Shown here: piece by piece, positions 25,880 through 38,319 of the stretch | Numbering within the stretch: position 1 is the first letter of the stretch | Layout of the letters: every line of letters begins with the position of its first letter | Assembly: GCA_964016885.1 (NCBI GenBank) | Contig: OZ024742.1 | Span: 241,242,001 to 241,306,000, forward strand | Direction of reading: 5' to 3' | DNA: 64,000 bases | Source of the DNA: Eledone cirrhosa | Taxonomy: Eukaryota | Program-made: the position numbers and the translations under genes | The notes under the pieces: generated by a model | Seen by the model: only the letters and a program-made list of their open reading frames with translations | Databases searched by the model: none | Told to the model about the DNA's origin: nothing

Positions 25880-26081
25880 AAAAATAGGAAAAAAGTTTAA
25901 CCCCGACGGCAGAGCTCAAGCCGTTTCGACGCCTATTTCTGTACTAAATTAGAATTCTAATTTAGTCCAGAAATAGCCGTCGAAACGGCTTCAGCTCTGC
26001 CGTCGGGGTTAAACTTTTTCATATTACCCATTATACCACCCTAAGTATTGAGTACTCTGGTGCGTTATGGTCCATCTAGCT

Positions 26082-26087
<6 letters not shown>
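25878..26087 (+). mobile_element. Fold-back family C element between (TA)n tracts
   Basis: ~65-bp-arm palindrome centred on tagaattcta (~25955), plus the family tail. Confidence 0.75.
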
Positions 26088-26136
<49 letters not shown>

Positions 26137-26141
<5 letters not shown>

Positions 26142-26806
26142 TGCGTTTCGCTTTGTTTTTGACCACTGCCGAAATTCAATCTCGCTGAAATTATATTTGT
26201 ATTAATCTCCCGGGCCTAACAATTAACCAGTTAATTCTATTAGATAATACTATTGACTGGTTGATTGCTTAAGTTTATTTTAAAAACAACCCGGTCGAGA
26301 GCTTAATTCGATTTGTGCAGTTTTTACAATTCTTGCATTAATTTTACACATTCTGAATTCATCTTCCAAAACCGGGTTAACTCCTTCGCAAGGTAATACA
26401 CGTGGGGTAATCACTCCAACAATACAACTGCTAGGAACCCGCTCGCTGGCTGAGAACAAAATACCTGTTGACGAAGTGGCAGCCTTGTTCGATCATTATA
26501 CCAAAAGCTTAATATGGAAGCAGGCAGTATAATTGATTTAGGTGTCGGGCAAACTTTTCACTGGATTATACCATAAATCCCAGGGGGTCCAGGTAAATTC
26601 TTTCGTTTGACTTGTTTAGTTCGCTTCGTTTTTTTTTGCTTCTGTGGCTGATAGCTTCATGACCGCCGTTTTCAGTTTGTTTGGCCTCTATAATCTATGG
26701 TTATTGCTCTGGTCTTCTTTTAGTCCATTGAGCGCTTGCCGCATATCTCGAAAATTGCGTTTCGCTTTGTTTTTGACCACTGCCGAAATTCGCTGAAATT
26801 ATATTT
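26137..26806 (+). mobile_element. ~614-bp retrozyme-like element (1.1 units), diverged relative of the 615-bp array
   Basis: Terminal direct repeat aaaattgcgtttcgctttg... at 26137 and 26751; colinear motifs shared with the array unit; (TA)n on both sides. Confidence 0.8.
26462..26595 (+). ncRNA. Degenerate large type I hammerhead homologous to 13179-13313
   Basis: tacctg-TTGACGA-long helix II (gatcattatac/gtataattgatt)-gCAAA-ctttt...ggggg-TC-caggta. Helix I is a perfect 6 bp; G12 appears mutated. Confidence 0.6.
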
Positions 26807-26846
26807 ATATATATATATACATATATATAACCGAGGTTAACTTTAC

Positions 26847-26930
<84 letters not shown>

Positions 26931-26935
<5 letters not shown>

Positions 26936-27105
26936 TAACAGATTAAAGTTTAAGTAAAGAATCGCTGCTTTCACCCTTAACGGGATCTTCTGAAACTAAA
27001 AAAATCAATCTGTGAACGCAGAAGTAAATATTTTGAAAAACGTTGCAACCGAAGGAAAAAAGACATTCCTGGCAATGAACGGAAAATAGCGAAGATAATA
27101 CGTCA
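26931..27105 (-). mobile_element. Family B copy with the same CAGAAGA hammerhead-like motif (26947-26997)
   Basis: Homologous to 7010-7210; abuts (TA)n. Confidence 0.7.
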
Positions 27106-27239
27106 GCAATGAGGACAATGTTTTCATAATGTCGTAATGCAGACAGTCAGACATACAGACAGATATTATAAGGGCGCGACGTTATAGCTATGTATCTATC
27201 TAAGAAGACAGACTAAGAAAGAAAGAGAGAGAGAGAGAG

Positions 27240-27428
27240 AGATCGCTAACCGGCGCCTAACACGCCTTTAACAACAGAAAATTGAAAAATAAAAGCTGCA
27301 ATTAATATCTTTAGACCGCAAGGAATATATAAATGTAAGTTTGAAGTCAACCGGAGTAGAAATGTGGATTTGTATAAACTTTGCAAAACTTAGGACACAC
27401 ACACAGACAATTTCAGTTTTATATATAT
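27240..27428 (-). mobile_element. Possible non-autonomous Helitron 5' end
   Basis: Minus strand begins atatatataaaactgaaattgtctgtgtgtg, resembling Helitron 5' termini. Confidence 0.35.
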
Positions 27429-27478
27429 GTATATATATATATATATATATGTTTTTGTATATATATATACATACACAT

Positions 27479-27560
<82 letters not shown>

Positions 27561-27593
27561 CTATATCTATATCTATCTATATATCTATCTATC

Positions 27594-27627
<34 letters not shown>

Positions 27628-27650
27628 AAGAGAGATAGAGAGATAGATAG

Positions 27651-27748
<98 letters not shown>

Positions 27749-27829
27749 ACGTGCGTGAGTAAACAAGGTGGTTGACTTAAAAATCATTGGAATTATTTGA
27801 AATTTGAAATATATGTCCTGACGAAATTG

Positions 27830-30300
27830 ATCATATCTATAACTGATTACTATAAAAATTTGTTGGGAAAATCGAGTATAATTCTCTTGGGACGCAGAAA
27901 ATTCCCACTTGTCACACAGTTTCCAGTCGATTTCTTAGGCCACATTATTATGTTTCCCTTTCGTATAATCAATCATTTTGAGCAAGTTTTTAACATTCTG
28001 ATACAATGTGTGCCACTGTTTCAACTGCACTGCCATACAATCAACACAGAAGAGATACATCTTCTCTATATACTGTTGCAATTGTTATGCTCCCTGTTTC
28101 CTTTTTAACTACCCCTTGCCCATGTTGTGTCTTGCCCGTGTAGTGTCTTGCACGTGTAGTGTCTTGCCTGTGTAGTGTATTGCCTGTGTAGTGTCTTGCC
28201 TGTGTAGTGTCTTGCCCGTGTAGTGTCTTGCCCGTGTAGTGTCTTGCCCGTGTAGTGTGTTGCCTGTGTAGTGTCTTGCCCGTGTAGTGTGTTGCCCGTG
28301 TATTGTGTTGCCCGTGTAGTGTCTTGCCAGTGTAGTGTCTTGCCCGTGTAGTGTCTTGCCCGTGTAGTCTCTTGCCCGCATAGTGTCTTGCCCGTGTAGT
28401 GTCTTGCCCGTGTAGTGTCTTGCCTGTGTAGTGTCTTTTCCGTGTAGTGTGTTGCCCGTGTAGTGTCTTGCCTGTGTAGTGTCTTGCCCGTGTAGTGTCT
28501 TGCCTGTGTAGTGTCTTGCCCGTGTAGTGTCTTGCCCGTGTAGTGTCTTGCCCGTGTAGTGTCTTGCCTGTGTAGTGTGTTGCCTGTGTAGTGTGTTGCC
28601 TGTGTAGTGTCTTGCCCGTGTAGTGTGTTGCCCGTGTAGTGTGTTGCCTGTGTAGTGTCTTGCCCGTGTAGTGTGGTGCCCGTGTAGTGTGTTGCCCGTG
28701 TAGTGTGTTGCCCGTGTAGTGTGTTGCCTGTGTAGTGTGTTGCCTGTGTAGTGTGTTGCCCGTGTAGTGTGTTGCCCGTGTAGTGTTTTGCCCGTGTAGT
28801 GTCTTTCCCGTGTAGTGTCTTGCCTGTGTAGTGTCTTGCTTGTGTAGTGTCTTGCCTGTGTAGTGTCTTTTCCGTGTAGTGTCTTGGCCATGCAGTGTCT
28901 TTTCCGCGTAGTGTCTTGCCCATGTAGCGTCTTACCCATGTAGTGTCTTGCCCGTGTAGTGTCTTGCCCTCATATGCAGTTTCATGTTCATTCTCTACCT
29001 TTTCTTTACTTTTGTTAAAACAGCTCTATACACTGCCCTCTCTGGACGCGCGTAAATACTGTTGTAGCCCTCTTCTATTTTCGATTCTAACACAATCCTA
29101 TATCCCAATCAAACCTTGACCTCGATTTGCTCCTTTCATACATAATTGGTCTACATCTGCCGTGGCAGCCCCATATCTAATGATAGACACACTGCTCTTG
29201 AATTGATAGCAGAGATAATATTTCCACCGTTGAGTTTGATTTTAATATTGTCCTCGTACATATTCTTGACTTCCTTGATGTCGTCGTAAATATTCTTTGC
29301 TTGCCTGATCCTTCATCCTTTCGTGTTTTATTCCATCTGCTTCCAAAATTCCAAGATATTTATATCCTCTTCCTTCTTCAATGCAGTTCATCATTTTACC
29401 ATCTGGCAACACAATTCCTTCTCTCCGGACAACTATCTCCCTCTTCATAACCAGCACAGCACATTTTGACAAACCAAATTCAATCTTGATATCATATGAA
29501 AATATCTTAACGGCATTTTTCAAGCTGTTTATTTGATCTTCACTTTTCACAAACAATTTAAGACCGTCCATGAAGCGAAGGTGATTGGCACTCTCTCCGC
29601 CTTCTTTAGTTCATAAAATATCTTCATCTTTCTCAACATCAGTGTCAGTGGAATCATCACTACTACAAACAAGAATGGTGACAAACTGTCTCCTTGCACG
29701 TCTTATCATCACATTTCCTAACGTTTCATTGCCAGTGACTAGTTTAGTATTGCACAATTTCATACTCTTCTTCATGAGCTGATTTTCCAATCCAACTGTG
29801 AGGCACCATATCATATGTCTTGTGATAATCTATCCATGCGACTCCCAAGATGTTAATCTGTTCTTACAATTCTTCACTATCACTTTGTCGAACAGTAATT
29901 AATCCTTTGTGCATCTACTTCTTCTGCGTCATTTCTGCTCCCATTGAAACAAGTGTTTCTCCTCTAAATGTTTGTACAGTTCTTCAGCTAATACACTTGT
30001 TGATAGTTTTCATAACAGAAGTAGACAAAAGATCAGTCTAAAATTAGACACCATATTCCCCTTCTCTATTTCTTTCACACAGAGTAATATTCTCCCAGTT
30101 ATCATCTATTTTGACACTCTATTTTCATGGAAACAACCATCCAGTTTATTTGCTATTCTACTGTGTATTGATGTCAAGTTTTAATCTAGTATCAGTGAGC
30201 ATCATCTGGTCTTGAGCTTTTCCAGTTAGGCATTCTGGGGAACATTCCAAAAATCAATTTGAATTTGTACATTTTCTTGCCTCTCTATATCATTGAATTC
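27830..30300 (-). pseudogene. Decayed R4/Dong-type non-LTR retrotransposon (RT + CCHC region)
   Basis: HLRFMDGLKLF...IEFGLSKC...YKYLGILEAD; KLNGGNIISAINSRAVSIIRYGA; ETVAHIVSEC*KLAQ...HNNVA*EIDWKLC; many stops. Confidence 0.8.
28113..28969. repeat. 16-bp minisatellite (tagtgtcttgcccgtg)n, ~53 units
   Basis: Directly visible; interrupts the R4-like element. Confidence 0.95.
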
Positions 30301-30324
30301 TTCCTTCATATTTTTTCAGCCAAT

Positions 30325-30463
30325 CTTCTTCTTCTTCTTCTTCTTCTTCTTCTTCTTCTTCTTCTTCTTCTTCTTCTTCTTCTTCTTCTTCTTCTTCTTC
30401 TTCTTCTTCTTCTTCTTCTTCTTCTTCTTCTTCTTCTTCTTCTTCTTCTTCTTCTTCTTCTTC
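30325..30463. repeat. (CTT)n microsatellite
   Basis: Directly visible. Confidence 0.97.
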
Positions 30464-31114
30464 ATTCGCTTATATCTCTCTACCTCCCCTCTCTCTCTTT
30501 CTCAACCATCCTTCTCTCAAATCCTTTTCTTTTTAATTTCTATATAAAAACCATAAATGTAACGTTTCTACACCTTGCTCTATTTAAGGAGCTCTTCTGA
30601 ATAAGAACTGGAATATATTAAGACATAACACAAACAATTTACCTGATATCCTGAATGATTCGAGAATAGCGTTGAGGTTTGTTATTTTTGTTATTTTTCA
30701 TTTTGTTTCGTTTCGTTTTCATTTTGTTTTGTCTTTGTCCGGTGTGCTTTTTTCTTCTTTGTTTTCGTTTCATTCAAATGGCGAGATTCCATGAGGCTAT
30801 ACTAGAAATACTAGAAAATCCTGTAAAGCAATTCTAAATTTAATTAAATTTATTCTTTCCAGTTTGAAGTATCGCGTGGGCTTTATATAGCGATATTCCT
30901 TTAAGATGTCTATCTCTGAAAAGCGTTATACAATGTTATACTAAACTGATTTTAACCATTAAGCATATTCGTTCGAATCAACCCTAGTATATGACTGGTA
31001 GAATAAAAATAATCAGTCATATACTGATCGACTCTATTGCGTATTGCACTTAGAATATCTAACCCATCATTTTTATCATTCCTTCCAATTCCATGATTTC
31101 AGTGTATATTAAAA

Positions 31115-31371
31115 GGGTAAAGATCCCCTTCAGTTACGTATGACCATAGAATTTGCACCTAGAAAGTTTTTCTCTGAGGCACAAGCCTGGGCAAGATGTT
31201 TTTGTGGAAGACCAGCAGTCATCCATATATGCCAATCACCCTTCACCACGACACTGATGATGTCCAAGAGAAAGACCGATACAGTCTTGCGCCAGTGACC
31301 GGCCCAGGAATCAAACATACAACCTCAGAATTGTGAAACAGACATTCTAACCACTAAGCCACGCGCCTTCT
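31115..31371 (-). mobile_element. tRNA-derived SINE (internally deleted, LINE-like tail)
   Basis: Minus strand gaaggcgcgtggcttagtggttag (A box)...gtttgattcc (B box)...gcaaattctatggtcatacgtaactga. Confidence 0.65.
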
Positions 31372-31407
31372 CGTTATATATTATATTATATCATATTTAT
31401 ATTATAT

Positions 31408-31592
31408 GGATTGGCAGTATCGATAGAGGGTCGGACGCCATGCTTTGCAGCATAGAGTTACGCCGCTTTACGGTCTGATTTCAAATCTCGCCAAGGTTAA
31501 CTTTGCCTTTCATACTTACGGGGTCGATAAAATAAAGTACCAGTAATGCACTGGGATAATTGCTGGCCTTGTGTCAAAAGTAGAACCAATTA
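31408..31592 (+). mobile_element. SINE S1
   Basis: Family sequence with A/B boxes. Confidence 0.85.
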
Positions 31593-32504
31593 TATTATAT
31601 TATATTTATATTATTACATATTTATATTATATTATATCATATTATATTATATTTATATTATATTATATTATATTATATTATATTTTATTGTATTATATTA
31701 TAACTATATTACATATCTAATGCAATGTTTGAGCACATAACATGTTAGAATTTCGGCTACAGAATCATGTGTTAAAATATGCTGATTGGAATCTCTCTCA
31801 ACTCCGCATATGGAACTTATTTAGCCGAGGAACAGGTTTGAACAGGGATATCGCCAAACATCACTTTTTCATGATTCAATGTCAAAACTGGATTTAGTTG
31901 ACAGATTTCTCATCCAAGGGATGGAAGGACACACTAGGTAATTTATTCCAACGTAGACTATATCTGAAAAAAAAAACAGACGGAATAGTTACTTGTGGAA
32001 AAATACTGTTCAAACACGTTTAATTTGGAGCTGAACAAGAAGTACTAAAATTGCTTTTTTGAATTGAGATTGGTTGAGACTGAGCAGCACTAGTTTTCTG
32101 AAAATCGAATGACTACATCTGAATGCTTTGTTACTCTATAGGAATCGGGTTGTTTCAGGTGAAAATAGTTGTAACAACTTTCTATTGCATGAAAGATGTT
32201 ATATAGATCATATAAAAACTCTGTCATACTGGAAAGGAAGATGGTAAGAGTATATGGCAAGAGTCAGACAGGTAGATTAGATAGATAGATTTCTTTATTT
32301 ACCATAAAGGCATAAAAAGAAGGGACAAATACAAAGGGGGAGTTTACATATAATCGAGTAAAAAGGGTGTAACATGAAAATAATCGAAAATAACCTCAAA
32401 AGGGAGGGGACGTGATGGGGGTTGCACACACCCCCGAAAAAGTGTGCAATCATTTGCTCGGGGAGCACATGGAGAAGGTGCTCCCCTCTCCTTTACTTCT
32501 TTAC

Positions 32505-35500
32505 CTACAGGATGGTATACAGAGAAGGCCCATTTACACGAGCCATTCTCGCCACTATCACCCACCTTTCATAAAACTGCCTGTGGCCAAGCACCTCTCT
32601 CTCCATTCTTATCCTTCTTCCGAAGTGATATCGGAAGAAGTAGACCAGACTATGGCCAGAGAGGAAGTTGCCTGACCTCAGACCTTTCAATCGTGTCCAC
32701 CAAACAACCTCTTTCAACATGGCTATTACGCACAGAAAAACCGCCTTTGCTTCCTTTGTGAAGAGGGGAGGCGGTTTGATTGTCATCACGGACTCGGCGG
32801 TCAATTTAATCGGCGCCACCCGCGACAGCAGTTGTTCGGCGTAGCCCCACAGATCAGCCACGCCCGGACATTGCACCAATGCGTGCGCTACGGTTTCTTC
32901 GTGACGCACGCATCTAGGGCAAATCTTTTTTGAGGGATCCCTGCCCGGGCGCCCGTGTCTGTAGAGCCTCTCTCGAACGGGTAGAGCCCCTCGGTAGCAC
33001 TGCCAGGCCAGTGACTTCTGGAAGTTGTCCATTGGTCCTGGGCCGAAAGTCCTACCGAACAGGCTGGCCAGTTCGTCTTCTTCCATGTCCGGCGACTCTC
33101 CAAGGGTGTCATCGCCCCTGCTAGCCACCAGCCCTCTATAGAATGATGAGGTGGATTCTCCACCGATGGCCTGGCCCGCTTGCCAGAGAGCCCTGAGCGC
33201 CTGAGCACACTCAGTGTGCCAGTCTCCCAGTTTTCCGGATCTTTGCTTGACCCAGGACTGTAGCTCGGTGAGTGAGACGAGTCTCGGAAAGGCTCGTTTC
33301 ACGAACGGAGCCCACACCGGTTGACCAGTGAGGAATACCTGTAGGTGCCGTAGCCTTAATGCGTGCCTACGCATCATCAACCACGGCATCCCCAGCCCTC
33401 CTTTCGAAGGTTGTTGGCAGCAGATGGATCTTCTCACCATAGGAGGACGCTTCTTCCAAAGAAATTGGAAGAGCATGCGTTCCATGGTGGTGAGTGTTTC
33501 CTTAGGGCAAGGCACGACAGTCAGGCGGTAGTAAGTGACGGACGCTATGTAAATGTTCGCCACCTCCGCCCGGCCTTTTAGGGACAGCTTACACTTGGCC
33601 CATTTCTGGGTTAGTGCAAACACCTTGTTCGTAACCTCGTTCCAGTTCTTTTCCACCTGGAGGTCCGGTCCAAACCAGACCCCAAGCAACTTTACCGGGC
33701 CCTGCGTCCAGTGTCCGACGACACCGTCAGGAGGCATCGGTTTGCCTCTCCACGTTTCGAGTTGCAGCCCGATGGATTTTTCCCGGTTCAGTTTCGCTCC
33801 TGACAACCTTTCGTACTCCTCCAGTAAGGTACCGATCGCCTCGATCTCCGAGTCGGTTGATACCATTACTGTTACGTCATCGGCGTAGGCCGACACCGCT
33901 TTGCTCAATCCTGGTTCCAGGGGGATACCCTGCAACAACTCCAACTTCCTCAGTAAAGGCTCGAGAGTCAATACGTACAGAAGGGAGGAGAGAGGGCACC
34001 CCTGTCGAATGGATCGTGTGATTTCGAACGGCTTCGAAAGGTAGCCGTTCACCTTGATCCTAGAACAGATGTGGTTGCTATGTAGGGCAGTGATCCAGCC
34101 TCTGAAAACAGGACCGAACCCAGCCGCCGCTAGCACCGCATACAGGTAACCATGGTCGACCCTATCGAAGGCCTTAGACTGATCCAAGTTGATCAGGGCC
34201 CCACCGAAGCCAGGTTTGTTGCCAACCCTCTCTATGATGTATCGCATGAGGTGGAGGTTATCGTGAATGGACCTGGATGGGATAGCACATGTCTGCGCAT
34301 CTCCCACCAGGCCACCCACGACAAGCGCCAACCTCTTTGCTAACACCTTGGCCAAAATCTTTAACTCTGTGTTTAGCAGGGTTATGGGCCGAAAATTATT
34401 TATACTATCCCCCTTGTTCTCGTCCTTCCTCACCAGCGTGACTACGCCCTTGGCTACAGAACAAGGAATTCTCCCGTTCTGCTGCCAATTGCAGTAGACC
34501 GCTTCGAGGAGTTCGGAGAAGAAGACCGGCATTGCTAAATAAAGTTCGTAAGGTATACCATCGAGACCTGGGGATTTGCGTCTGCTGCATTGGCTCAACG
34601 CCTCTCCGATCTCATCAGCCGAGATTGGTCCCTCGCAGGACTCTGCCTCTTTGTTCGAGAGACGCGGCAGGCCGTCGAGGTATGGACCGAAATCCACGCC
34701 TCGGCCCGGACCCTCGCCTCCCCCGAACAATCGGGCAAAGTGCTTTTGAAAGGCCTCGCACATCTGCTTAGGCTCCCGGATCACTCGTCCATCTTCGTCT
34801 TGCAACGACCGGATGGTGGATCGATTTCCACTCTTAGCTTCTGTCACGCGGGCCCATCCAACGGCTTTGGCCCCCTCATTACCTAGAGCACGTATTTTAC
34901 TTCGAAAGACGCAGCCTTCATGCTTTGCATCGAAAAACTGGTTCAAGGCCGTCCTCGATGCCAGCACTCTGGCCACATCTTCGCTCTTGATTGCCTCTTC
35001 TAATTTACCTGTTAATTCTTTCTCGTTTCTATTCCTATCGGCAGCTAACATCTTGCTATAACTTATTGATTCTGTTCTAATCTCTCTTTTGAGAGATGCC
35101 CACCATCGGTTGTTGACGATTGCACCCGTCAACCTCTCCTTAACTAATCTGCTAATCCGGTTTCTGTAAGTCTCTTTTGCCGGTAAGGACAAATTAAGTT
35201 TCCAGTAACCGGGACCCTGTCTATGTGTTTTCTCGAGATTGACCACGCAGGTCACTAATTTGTGATCCGTGTAGCCAACCGTGCGCATTTCTGGACAGCT
35301 TAATATGTCCCTATCCTTACTTCTAACTAAGAATCTATCTAAGTACGATCTAGATTGACCACTGTGGTTTCTCCAAGTCCAGGTAGGCACAGTTGGAAAA
35401 TCTAGTCGATATCTATCGACCAAGTTAAAACGGTCGAGTAACCCCTTGAGGCTGTTACACCCCCCTCTATTAGGACATGCTCCTGCATAGTCCCAACGTG

Positions 35501-35941
35501 CATCCAGGATGTCATTCCAATCCCCCGCTAGAAGCAGGGAACGCGACGTTCCCAGAAAAGTCTCCAAACGCTGGAAGAAGTCGGGCCGTTCAGCTCCGAA
35601 AGGGAAGTAGACGGCGACCAGTCTCAAGGCCGCACTTTCACTACTTCCAACGTCTAGCACCAACAAACGACCCTCCGGGTCCGAGTGCACAACCTGTACG
35701 GCAAGACCCAGGTGTTTTTGCAGCAGTACGACAACCCCACCCCACCTGCAGGTTGACAGAGAGATGCATGCACCTCAAAGTCATCGAAGGTGGGGGCCAG
35801 CTGCCGCATGACGCTGATTCGAGTCTCACAGATAACCATTACATTTATACTACATGACCTGAGGTCATTTAGAAGCTTTGCTTGCTTCCAAGTTGAGCCC
35901 AGGCCACGTGCATTCAAACATCCTACTCTTAACACATCCAT
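32505..35941 (-). CDS. Tx1 ORF2: APE endonuclease-reverse transcriptase-CCHC, one frameshift near 35700-35750
   Basis: CLNARGL, ICET, GDWN, YLDRF, TDH, YWKLN, SPGLDG, FRPITLLN, RQGCPLS, AYADD, CPRC...ETVAHALVQC. Confidence 0.9.
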
Positions 35942-35974
35942 GTGGGCGGCAGAGCCAAAGGAGAGTGTAGAGAC

Positions 35975-37876
35975 CTACCTTTCCGCTTCCCGGGGTTCGG
36001 GTTGCACGACTTCCATGGGGTCGGGGGTGTTTGGTGAAGGGGTGTCTTGTGGTGGTGTGGGGTCGTCAGTGTGTGGTGGGGTTGGGGTGTTTGGAGTTGT
36101 GTTGGGGAGGGGAAGGGGAGGGGGAAAGCTTTTTAGTAGGACGCGGTTTATGGGTTTGACAGAGGGTGGTCCTACGTCCTCCTTAAAATCCTTTTTTAGT
36201 TTTTGGTAGAGGTTCATTGGGATTTTTATTAGTTTTAAATGTGGGTGGTTTTCTGACGAAACAAAGTTTACACCTTCGGTTTGTACCGAAGGATTATTGT
36301 ATATGAGTTCATTTAATTTATTATTGTTTCTGTTGATGTAAGTATAGTGTAATGTCTTTTTTTCCGATGGTGTGAGTGTTTCGAAGAGGGCAGGGGCAGG
36401 TTTGGTTTTGTTTGTTGCTGGAGGGGTGTTTTCTGTTTTGTTGGATTGTGTTGCGATTTGGGTGGGGGTTGTTTGTCCTTGTGTGTTTTGCACATGTTTT
36501 CTTTTTTTCCTTTTAATCTGTCTGAAGGACTCCGTTTCTTCCTCCGAATTCGTTGGGTTATCTTCAGTGTTGGAGGGAAGAGGTATGTTTGCTGGTAATG
36601 TTTCCGTGTTGGTTTTCTTTGTGGGGGAGATGGATGTCACTATGTTAGACTGTGTTGTGTGTTGTGTCTGCGGTGGTTGTGTTGTTTTATTGAGTGAGAG
36701 GTTGGGTGGGCCTGTATTTTGTTTTGGGGTAATGTGTTGTGACTGTTTGTGTTGTGGTGGTGTTGTGGTTTTACTGAGGGACGGGTTGGGTGGGACTGAG
36801 TTTTGTTGTTTGTTTATCTGTTGTGGTGGTGGTGGTGGAGCTGGTGTTGGTAGCAGGGTTTTCTTTTTGTTGAGTTGGGGACAAGCGGCCTTCAGGTGCC
36901 CTCTGCCTGCACAGATATGGCAGGACGGCCTTCTCCCCTCCACGCTAATGTTTATATACCCGTGGTCCTCTAATAGGATTCTGTCGGGTATTTGGGCGAT
37001 GCGTTCAGGCTTCATTTGTACTACCAGCTCTATACCTGTTCCACTGAACGCATTGCCTGTGGTTTTCCCAATGGAAATCACGTTGTCATTCACTGGATCG
37101 ATGAAGCCAGCTATGAGCCAGCAGTAGTCCACATCTGGCATCATTGCATCCAGCCATATGCGTTGAGTTTTTTTCCCCATATAAGATGGATAAAAGGTGA
37201 AATTTTTCGAACGAATCGGTGACAAAGCACATTTTTTTGCCGCCGATTCGTTCTTCATGATAATTGCTAGGCTTCCATACAGTCTGTCTTTTCTTATGAA
37301 AGTTGTTTCATTCAGTACTTCTGTGAGTACTGTTTTGATATCTGCTTGAGAAGGCTGTTCAGGTTTTTTTGTACTGTTGTTGATGGTCCGAAACTTGACC
37401 GTTCGGCTTTCAATGTCTTTCGTGAATTCTTGAGGCATTTTTACCAATAAAATACCATTCTCACCTTCACTTATGTATTGTTTGGCGTCCGTGATCCTTC
37501 GTACCACATCTGAAATGTTTTCCGCTATATAAGTCAAAGATTTCTTTGTTTTCTGTGCAAATGAAATCTTGTCGTCTGCTTTGTTTTCTGATATGGTGTT
37601 ATTTTCAACTGTTATTTTTTTGTTTGTTGTGTCTTTGTTTGTGTTATTAGTATTGTCATGCAATTTTTCAAATTTTTTTTTTTCGTTGTTGGAATCCAAG
37701 TCCAGATTTATGTTTACGTCATTTAATTTTTTCTCCGTAGATTCGTCCGTTTTTATTTTCATTTTTCCTTCCTTCTCTATGACGTTAGTTGGGAAGGAAG
37801 GGAGGACTAAAGCGTGCGAGCTTACAACTCTTACCGCTGTCCCCCCACCACTATTTTCGTTCGCTGCGTTTAACAT
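35975..37876 (-). CDS. Tx1 ORF1 (gag-like nucleic-acid-binding protein with zinc knuckle)
   Basis: Intact 633-aa ORF with CHICAGRGHLKAAC and a Pro/Gln/Thr-rich region, upstream of ORF2. Confidence 0.88.
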   Translation of the reverse strand: MLNAANENSGGGTAVRVVSSHALVLPSFPTNVIEKEGKMKIKTDESTEKKLNDVNINLDLDSNNEKKKFEKLHDNTNNTNKDTTNKKITVENNTISENKADDKISFAQKTKKSLTYIAENISDVVRRITDAKQYISEGENGILLVKMPQEFTKDIESRTVKFRTINNSTKKPEQPSQADIKTVLTEVLNETTFIRKDRLYGSLAIIMKNESAAKKCALSPIRSKNFTFYPSYMGKKTQRIWLDAMMPDVDYCWLIAGFIDPVNDNVISIGKTTGNAFSGTGIELVVQMKPERIAQIPDRILLEDHGYINISVEGRRPSCHICAGRGHLKAACPQLNKKKTLLPTPAPPPPPQQINKQQNSVPPNPSLSKTTTPPQHKQSQHITPKQNTGPPNLSLNKTTQPPQTQHTTQSNIVTSISPTKKTNTETLPANIPLPSNTEDNPTNSEEETESFRQIKRKKRKHVQNTQGQTTPTQIATQSNKTENTPPATNKTKPAPALFETLTPSEKKTLHYTYINRNNNKLNELIYNNPSVQTEGVNFVSSENHPHLKLIKIPMNLYQKLKKDFKEDVGPPSVKPINRVLLKSFPPPLPLPNTTPNTPTPPHTDDPTPPQDTPSPNTPDPMEVVQPEPREAER

Positions 37877-38111
37877 TTCTGTTAGACGATTGAAATTTTT
37901 TACACAAAATTTTTTAAAACAGGTTTTTCACCTCTAGGAGGGGTAAAGATGAGCTGACCCACCGCCTGACAGTTCAGACGGAGGGTCAAGCTACACAATT
38001 GTATCAAAATTAAGTTTGAACTCACAAAATTTCCTCAATAAATTTGAACAAAACTTCTGTGCGAAGTGAATGACATCCACTGTAGAACAGACGACAGCTA
38101 GATTTTGTACA

Positions 38112-38305
38112 GGTAGATTAGATAGATAGATAATTAGATAGATAATTAGATAGATAATTAGATAGATAAATAGATAGATTGATAGATAGATAAATACATA
38201 GATAGATAGATAAATAGATAGATTGATAGATAGATAAATACATAGATAGATAGATAAATAGATAGATAGCTAAAGAGATCTATCGATAGATAGATAGATG
38301 GATGA
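38112..38305. repeat. (GATA)n microsatellite between the two Tx1 copies
   Basis: Directly visible. Confidence 0.95.
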
Positions 38306-38319
38306 ATAGAGAAAGTCAG

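Larger units (their letters stand above)
32291..38108 (-). mobile_element. Full-length Tx1-type (L1 clade) LINE, copy 1, with 23-bp TSD
   Basis: ORF1 + ORF2; TSD acaggtagattagatagatagat at 32268-32290 and 38109-38131. Confidence 0.93.

Noticed and set aside
28105-28939. 272-aa and 276-aa repetitive ORFs
   Set aside because: By-products of a 16-bp minisatellite (not a multiple of 3) inside a dead LINE.
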